Source: Tubiluchus corallicola
Lineage: Eukaryota > Animalia > Priapulida
Direction of reading: 5' to 3'
Assembly: GCA_030141605.1 (NCBI GenBank)
Contig: JAQGDQ010000090.1
Span: 186,001-250,000 of the forward strand
DNA length: 64,000 nucleotides
The notes below the pieces were generated by a model. That model was not told where the DNA came from and searched no databases. It saw only the letters and a list, made by a program, of their open reading frames with translations. The translations under genes and the position numbers were made by a program. Positions 13,401 through 64,000 of the stretch are shown piece after piece (the stretch's first letter is position 1; every line of letters starts with the position of its first letter).

Positions 13401-16400
13401 TAAGCCGAGACTGGAGGGTTCAATACTCACTCTGGGAAGTTTTGTTCGCCATACTGATCCTGGTTGTTTATCTGATTGAGCAAAGGTATATTTAATTCTG
13501 AACAGATCTGGCTCTGTCGTTTCAGTCTCCATATCTTAGGCTTAATAGTGAGACAGATTTTGGTCCTGCCACAACCATCTGCATTAAGTAATCCCTGCCG
13601 ATAAGTCATACCTTCCAGCATGTAGGATATCAAGCTGTATAAAGAACAAAAATTTTTTTTTAGCGATAATACGTTGTGGTAATACTTAATGTATCGTCTA
13701 CCATTCATTTAGGAGATGACATGAAGAGGAGCTTGCGGTCCTCCAACACAACTGTTTCTTCTAACTACGACGAACTGCGGCAAGCTTATGAGAACCTGCG
13801 AAACAACGCTGACAGAATTTCAGAGCACACGGATACGGCAAAGCCGGCGGAGCGTCTTACTATATTTAATCTGGACACGGATTCTGCGGAAAGCACGGAT
13901 CCCGGTATAGTGAGGTTCACCCAGAATCCGCCGCACGCGTTTGAACAACGAGAGAGTACCTGTATTGTTCCAGCTTTCAAAGGTAGCCTATTTTTAAACA
14001 AATCCCTCAAACAAGGTTAGTGACCATTCCATAAGGGACTATAGTAAAAAAGGTGGAAATATGAATACACGTCCAGAAAAATAGAATTCTTGTAACATGT
14101 AATTAAATTTGAATTCGTTTAACTTGTAATTAAAACTTTTCTGATTTGCTAGTGATAAGAGGTACATGTTGATGTTCTCAATGAAGGGAATTTTGTTGTA
14201 GTTTTCAAGGAAACCAGTTCCTGGCAGGGAATGTTATAGATAAGAAGTCTGGGAAAAACTGGATTATAAAGCAACTTTTCTGCATCTGGGAATGTCCAGA
14301 GTATGAGAAGCAACAGCAGAATAAGTCACGAACAAATTGCAGTGCTTCAACCACTGACAAGAGATCTCGAAAACACTTTTTATTAAAGTAATCTGACCCA
14401 ACCTGACCGACAATACAGTTTTGCAATTTGATCTGACGTTTCTATTTTATCACTTTGCCGCCTATTCCAAAATCTGGCTACAAATATGAAACAATCTCTG
14501 CTCCATCCTGACTTGGTCATGTATTTCAGTTTTTTCTTGGACTTCGTATCTGTAAATTTGACTCACTCTTTAAGAAGATGACTCCATTTTTGCGATTGCA
14601 CTACATTACATTGTGACCACATTTCATCTTTACGGTCAAGCGATGTTGTTTTCTGTTAAATTATTAATAAGTTATTCAGAATTATAATACAACACAACGT
14701 ACTTGCACATAAGGAATAAAGTTTGTTTGGTTAAATGCATACTTTTTTTCTGTTATCTATCCGTTGTTGAAGTGCTTTTCAGCTTCCATCTTGATTTTTG
14801 CTAAATGATCTTCTGACTGTCATTTGCCTCTACAGATGTATCTGTCTCGTCTGTAAGACGCCCAAGCTTATCTAGTGATACGACAACCGAAAGGGACGGC
14901 CTCACTCCCAAAGACAGACCAAAAAGAACGAAGAGGACCAAAAGTCAGGGGTCTGTTTCTCAAAAAAGATCAAGCCAAAGTGGTTCGTGCAGGTATGTAA
15001 TGATTATTTAATTTACAAATTATAGGTGAATAATTGCTCGACCTGCTTGGTTGTGGCAGGACTGGGGTTCAGCTAATTATGTATAATAATTTTATAAGCT
15101 GAGACAGAGTTCAAGCACCAGTGTAGTAGTCAATTTCATATGCATGTACAGTTACCTCCAACGACGAACTGTGTAAATAGCTGGAACACTAGGACAAGTA
15201 AAGTAGTTTTTCCCAGTTGTCACCAACATATTTATTAATCAAGTTCCGTATTACTTAACTTGCCGCCAAGCACTTAGCATGACCGGTTAGCTTTCCAACT
15301 ACGTCAGATTATGCTTAACTTTTACTGAAGATTATTAACCTTTCTAGTTGTTAAACTAATCTATATTTTGTTTATGCATGGGTGGATATCTAGATATAAG
15401 TAGCAAATTCACAATTATTTTTGATTATCAAGATCTTAACTTTTTACTTCCAAACAATAGTTTTGTGTCGAATTTCAGTACTGCGAAATATGCTTTTATT
15501 TTGCTGATTTTTCGTGTCTATTTGCTGCTTTTAGTCACTTGAACGATTGTCACTTGAAGTATTTATTGAACATGTTTTCTAGACTGTCAAATACAAAGCC
15601 AACCAATGGTTCTTCCAGTGATGACGAGATAACGCCCACGCATTCAGATCACTCTGTATTAGCTCCAGCAGATGACGTGTTTGGATCACCTTTACCTCCT
15701 TCTGTTGAAGGTTTGCCATATTTCGTAACATCAATTTTGATTGTTCAGCTTTTTGAACTGCTGTAGGCTGCATATGTAATCTTCTATGGCTGCAAACGAC
15801 TTTTTGGTTTTGTTAAAGAGAAAGAAAAAGAATTTTTAAAGTATGAAAAAGAACTTTCCATACAAAATTATATTACTTGGCATTACGCTTTCCTGCTTGA
15901 AAGACATGTAACTGGAAAAGAAAATTCTTATAATTTTTAAAATGTTCTTGCCAACTGCTAAAACGTCACAGGCTCACTACCAGATGTGCACCAAAAAAAC
16001 GTCACTGGCTCACTAGAAAACATATTATTAAACCTTACTAACAAGCTAAAGTAATTTATACTTTTGCTTGGTGAATAAAGAGTGAGAGAGAATGCTCTGA
16101 TTATTTTTTCAAACTTCACACAATATTATCTAAACTTGTTTCAATGTTAACTTGATCGAAAAAAATGACTGCACTCAGTAGTCTTCACGTAAGCTAAATT
16201 TACAAATTTCATTATAAGACGGTTTTTTAGCTTTTTAGCAAGATTTTTGTTTTCCTTAGACGAAGCATGCACCATCTTGCCCGATGAAGGTACGCAGATT
16301 TGCAGTGATCGACTATCGCCGGAGCATTTCTCTGATTACGACAGGTGACTACCACTGATTAACAGCACTAATCGATTTTGATAAATCGGGATAGCCGTCG

Positions 16401-16917
16401 ACTCGACTCACAAATCTGTTATGAAAAGTTTTCGTGCGAAACCATATGAGTTAGCATCGTGTATGATGCTAGTACATTTGCTTTGAATGGAAAGTGGTGA
16501 TTAAAATATTTACAAGTTCGAGGTAGACGGCTGTTCTGTTTTGGTGCACCCCCTGCACAACTTCGCCCGCTACTATTAGTTTCATAGCAGCTTATTGGCT
16601 CTTTGAAGTCGCATCTAAGGGTATTGTGTGGAACACTGAGAATAATTAATAATTATTAAAAGTTTATAGTTTGTTTCTGTACCATCAAGGAAAGAAAACG
16701 ATGAAACGTCAACTTTTCCTTATTTGAAAAATGTTGTGCATTATATCTGGTCAAATAAAAACTTAGATAACTTTATATTATTAAATGATATTTTTTGTTC
16801 AGGCGATCAAACAAAAGCAAAGTTTACGAGTCTCCGGCTAGAGTGCCAAGCACTTTGAGTAATAAACCGCCAACAGATGCCAGCACAAGCTATGGACAGG
16901 AGTTCACATTCGTCTGA
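1..16917 (+). CDS. Dscam: Dscam-family gene A, 3' portion (FN3, FN4, Ig10, FN5, FN6, TM, cytoplasmic tail); 5' end upstream of window
   Basis: Manual splicing gives one open frame: 1-4 (GAC G|gtgagt, end of previous exon), 1010-1165, 1554-1709, 2170-2309, 2687-2834, 3263-3535, 5648-5932, 6454-6747, 8667-8834, 9463-9639, 10279-10497, 13713-13982, 14836-14992, 15583-15710, 16260-16344, 16803-16917. FN-FN-Ig-FN-FN-TM order and tail motifs ([27 protein letters not shown]) are typical of Dscam. Confidence 0.93.
747..968. repeat. (TACT)n microsatellite
   Basis: Direct reading. Confidence 0.95.
1010..1165 (+). CDS. Dscam: Gene A exon, FN3 N-half
   Basis: ttcttcag|TGCCC...GAAG|gtaatt; [38 protein letters not shown]. 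Confidence 0.92.
1554..1709 (+). CDS. Dscam: Gene A exon, FN3 C-half
   Basis: gtcag|AAATT...GATG|gtatgt; [36 protein letters not shown]. Confidence 0.92.
1891..2122. repeat. (CA)n and (TG)n microsatellites
   Basis: Direct reading. Confidence 0.95.
2170..2309 (+). CDS. Dscam: Gene A exon, FN4 N-half
   Basis: ttttag|TACCT...GAG|gtaagt; [38 protein letters not shown]. Confidence 0.92.
2687..2834 (+). CDS. Dscam: Gene A exon, FN4 C-half
   Basis: ttttag|CGTCAC...AAAG|gtttcg; [30 protein letters not shown]. Confidence 0.88.
3263..3535 (+). CDS. Dscam: Gene A exon, Ig10 (single exon)
   Basis: [46 protein letters not shown]; donor AAAG|gtaacc. Confidence 0.92.
5648..5932 (+). CDS. Dscam: Gene A exon, FN5
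   Basis: ctctag|GACCT; [32 protein letters not shown]; donor CAG|gtactt. Confidence 0.92.
6454..6747 (+). CDS. Dscam: Gene A exon, FN6
   Basis: ttttag|TACCT; [40 protein letters not shown]; donor GAG|gtaaaa. Confidence 0.92.
6754..7448. repeat. (GTA)n/(GTAGTG)n microsatellite, ~700 bp
   Basis: Direct reading; explains the poly-Val ORF. Confidence 0.97.
8667..8834 (+). CDS. Dscam: Gene A transmembrane exon
   Basis: ttgcag|AACAA; [25 protein letters not shown] then basic stop-transfer KRRK; donor ATG|gtatgt. Confidence 0.9.
9463..9639 (+). CDS. Dscam: Gene A cytoplasmic exon
   Basis: ttttgcag|AAGAT...GAAG|gtaact; open, phase 1-1. Confidence 0.8.
10279..10497 (+). CDS. Dscam: Gene A cytoplasmic exon with PYAT motif and polyproline
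   Basis: ttttgcag|AATTT; [28 protein letters not shown]; donor GAG|gtaact. Confidence 0.85.
13713..13982 (+). CDS. Dscam: Gene A cytoplasmic exon with conserved Dscam motifs
   Basis: tttag|GAGAT; [12 protein letters not shown] and [14 protein letters not shown]; donor AAAG|gtagcc. Confidence 0.87.
14836..14992 (+). CDS. Dscam: Gene A cytoplasmic exon
   Basis: ctctacag|ATGTA...GCAG|gtatgt; open, Ser/Arg/Lys-rich. Confidence 0.8.
15583..15710 (+). CDS. Dscam: Gene A cytoplasmic exon
   Basis: ttttctag|ACTGT...GAAG|gtttgc; phase 2-1 matches neighbours. Confidence 0.75.
16260..16344 (+). CDS. Dscam: Gene A cytoplasmic exon
   Basis: ttccttag|ACGAA...ACAG|gtgact; phase 1-2. Confidence 0.72.
16803..16917 (+). 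CDS. Dscam: Gene A terminal coding exon with PDZ-binding C-terminus
   Basis: tttgttcag|GCGAT; ends [12 protein letters not shown] (class I S/T-x-V motif). Confidence 0.82.
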
Positions 16918-17568
16918 CGTCATCACAAAGTTCGACGATGACTGCATTTTATGCAATTTGAATTTGGTTAAATGAAATTTAACGCTAAATTTTTCTAGCC
17001 GGCTAAACTGAAGACAGTAGGCACTGCACGTATGGAAATGAGCCAGTTGCGATCTGGTTGCGATCTGGCAGTGGGATACAGTTTGATATTCTACAACCCG
17101 AAACCTCTCACTAGCATAGTTTACTTAACTTTGACGTTTGCTATGTGGCTGGAAGCTTGCGAGGTTGCAAAGTTCAAGCCGTAGCCATCCTCTTCATCAA
17201 AAATGTGCACTGCCACATACACTGGTCCTTGAACCTTTGGAAATCTACAATTAGGAAACTGCCTGTGCTTGATTTTTTTGCATGATTTACTAACCAGTTT
17301 GTGCTAACTTCTGTCCTTTCTTTTGCACTCGCCGGGTTTTAACAGTATTACTATTACTTAGTAAGCATACAGTCTTTCAATTCCATTTCATATTTTGATT
17401 AGACCTATGTGTCAAAAATCATTCATTCCGTTATCAATATTTTGTATATATTGTAATAGCAGCTGTATGCCAATCGTTGTGCGGCATTTGCATTTTTTGT
17501 GTTCGCATAATTGCTTAATATACAGTTAAACTGATCTGTGAGAGTGTGCTATATAAAATTGATGATAT

Positions 17569-17574
17569 AATAAA
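17569..17574 (+). promoter_or_regulatory. Candidate polyadenylation signal of gene A
   Basis: AATAAA ~650 nt after the stop, followed by T/GT-rich sequence. Confidence 0.45.
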
Positions 17575-18479
17575 GTATTTCTTTGCGTAACAATTTGAAA
17601 TTAATCATTCGTTTTCGGTTTATGTATTTATGATGCCCATACATCATTTACAAATTTTTTCATTACATATTATATTACTGCTATGCAAAGAACGACCAAA
17701 ATAACGTCGAAAAATCAAATCTTCTTGTCTTATGGACTTCTATAAATTTTATTACATCAATATATTGTCATTACTTTACAACATTAATATCAGGGATAAG
17801 GTAGAGCACATAATGAAATCAAAGCCCTCTTTCATTCAGCAGTATTTCGCACACTTCCTTGCTATTTCCGAATGTCTCACAGATTAATCAATTACTACAA
17901 ATTGCTTGGAAAGGGCATTATTTTTATGGGAAAAGGTTGTATGATTGCGCATCCTGGCGGTGGCTGTTTGAGGATCTTACAGACGAATCAATCACCATAA
18001 ATTGTCTGGAAAAGGTTGTATGATGGCGTATAAATCTGAGTTACTCAGTGCTATAGCAAGCGATTTCGGTTTCTTTTTAATTTGCTTTTTTGCGCGACAA
18101 GCACCAACAAAGCAAATCTAGCAAAGCAAAGAAAGGTAAAGCAAAGCAAAAAACAATAACAACGACAACAACAAACTTTTTGTTGCTGTAAAATTGTACA
18201 TCAATGACAACATCAATGACTGTATGAGCAGTATATCGACTCCTGTCAGTAATAGATTTGCTATTACCGAAATTAAAGTAAAAGGAGCGTGCAATTCAAA
18301 ATACACGTACAAGTAAGGTTCTAGTTGATGAACGTACGTTGGGCTTGGTGCAGAGCAAAGCGAGTTTCACATATTTGATGTCGTTCTGCAAACAGCGCAT
18401 TTGATATTTTGTTGATTATTGCTACATCACGTAGCAGCGCATAGAGGATTTTTAATTGTATCAGAGTGATTTTTGTTTG

Positions 18480-18939
<460 letters not shown>

Positions 18940-18943
18940 TATA

Positions 18944-19375
<432 letters not shown>

Positions 19376-20396
19376 GTTTTACTAATATTATTATTAGCTA
19401 TTATTATTAAAATTATTGTTGTTGTTATAACCCAGGAAATACAGTGAGACTATAACCGCACTTAAACTGAGAGCTACGAGGAGAGGTGTCATTTCCTTTG
19501 TCGCTTCATTTGCTCTCAGAACATAAATGCCGACAAACTGTTCGTAGTACGTGGCTTGCTAATGCTTCTCGTAGGCTTACTCTGGACATTGCTACTTACA
19601 GAGCTGCTCTTATAAATTCGGTTTTCCCTTTTTATACATGGATTTCTCTAAGAGAAAGGGTTGCCCTGAAAATTACAACCACAACCGATTCAATAAGGAC
19701 ATCAACATGCAGATACCTCCAATTACTGGCTATATGAACTGTATTTCTATAGCCATGTAAATTCATGTCCAACTTTTTACTGTAATAGCTTATCTTGCGT
19801 AGCTATTAGTCTTGTTTGGAACAATTTGTATAAAAAATTGCACTATTGTGCTTCTGTTGAAACCAAAATTTTTTCTCTCGAAACCAAGTGCTTTCGATGT
19901 GAGAACCGGAATTTTAAGGTAAGATATACGTAGATTAAAATCGGGTTTAGAAGCGTATTGTAATTGCTCTCTTCTATACCGTTTTGCCTGCCAAAATATT
20001 AAAGTTCCGCCTGGTAGTCGTCACAGTTCCGAATCCCCTTGCGCGTCTCCTATACATTATCTGTTCTACACGCATGGCTTCTTAGTAATCGAGCTTAATT
20101 TCCACTTGCATGCTTTGTATGAAAAGTGATTACAGCGCTCTCTAGAAGTAACTCTTGCGTAAAATTGGAAAGAAACTTAGATATAATGTTTGCGAAGACT
20201 ATTCTTTTCTAAGTCGCCGTTATTTTCGCTACAGGTGCATCAGCTTTAGATATGTATGAAACAGAAACAAATTCAATGTTTGCAACTTCAGACAACCTGC
20301 TCTGAGAACTGCTTGTAAAAGTTAAATAAACAAAACAGAAAGAAAAATAAAAGAAAGGAAAAACCTTCCGTTCTACTTGTTCAAATCGGAAAAATT

Positions 20397-63759
<43,363 letters not shown>

Positions 63760-64000
63760 GTAATAGTTTTAATTATTGGTCTACAAATGTTCAAATTTTT
63801 TCATGCTTATGCGTTCAGTTTGTTGGGTTATCCGCTAGCAAACCAACTTTATAAAGCTGTCGTCTTCGCTATGACGAACCTCGTTCTCGTTCGTGTAATA
63901 CAAATTGCATCTCACTTACTAATTGTCAGGCAAACAATGAGTGTTTCAAAATTTCACGAAAAAATGGAATTACGCGCTTACTTATATAATAAGTAATACT

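Overview
AT-rich, microsatellite-rich animal genomic DNA; the 18S fragment looks bilaterian but the lineage is unresolved. Two Dscam-family genes lie head-to-tail on the + strand. Gene A (1-16917) is the 3' half: FN3-FN4-Ig10-FN5-FN6, TM, and a cytoplasmic tail ending QEFTFV*. Gene B (20397 to beyond the window end) runs signal peptide, Ig1-Ig9, FN1-FN4, Ig10. All exons were joined by hand with canonical GT-AG sites and matching phases, and no mutually exclusive exon arrays were seen. The main discovery is in the FN3/FN4 intron of gene B: a minus-strand insert (58382-59504) flanked by a 16-bp direct repeat. It contains the C-terminal restriction-like endonuclease and structured 3' UTR of an R2-type non-LTR retrotransposon, joined directly to 18S rRNA (not 28S) at AAACT^TAAAGGAATTGACGG and continuing just past the 18S 3' end. 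This looks like a retroposed read-through transcript of an 18S-targeting (R8-like) element. Also present: a frameshifted antisense cadherin relic in intron 1 of gene B, three copies of the leader exon, a ~370-bp inverted repeat pair around the gene B 5' end, a perfect 77-bp hairpin, and degenerate 5S- and tRNA-related repeats. Most ORF-track entries are microsatellite artefacts or exon read-throughs.
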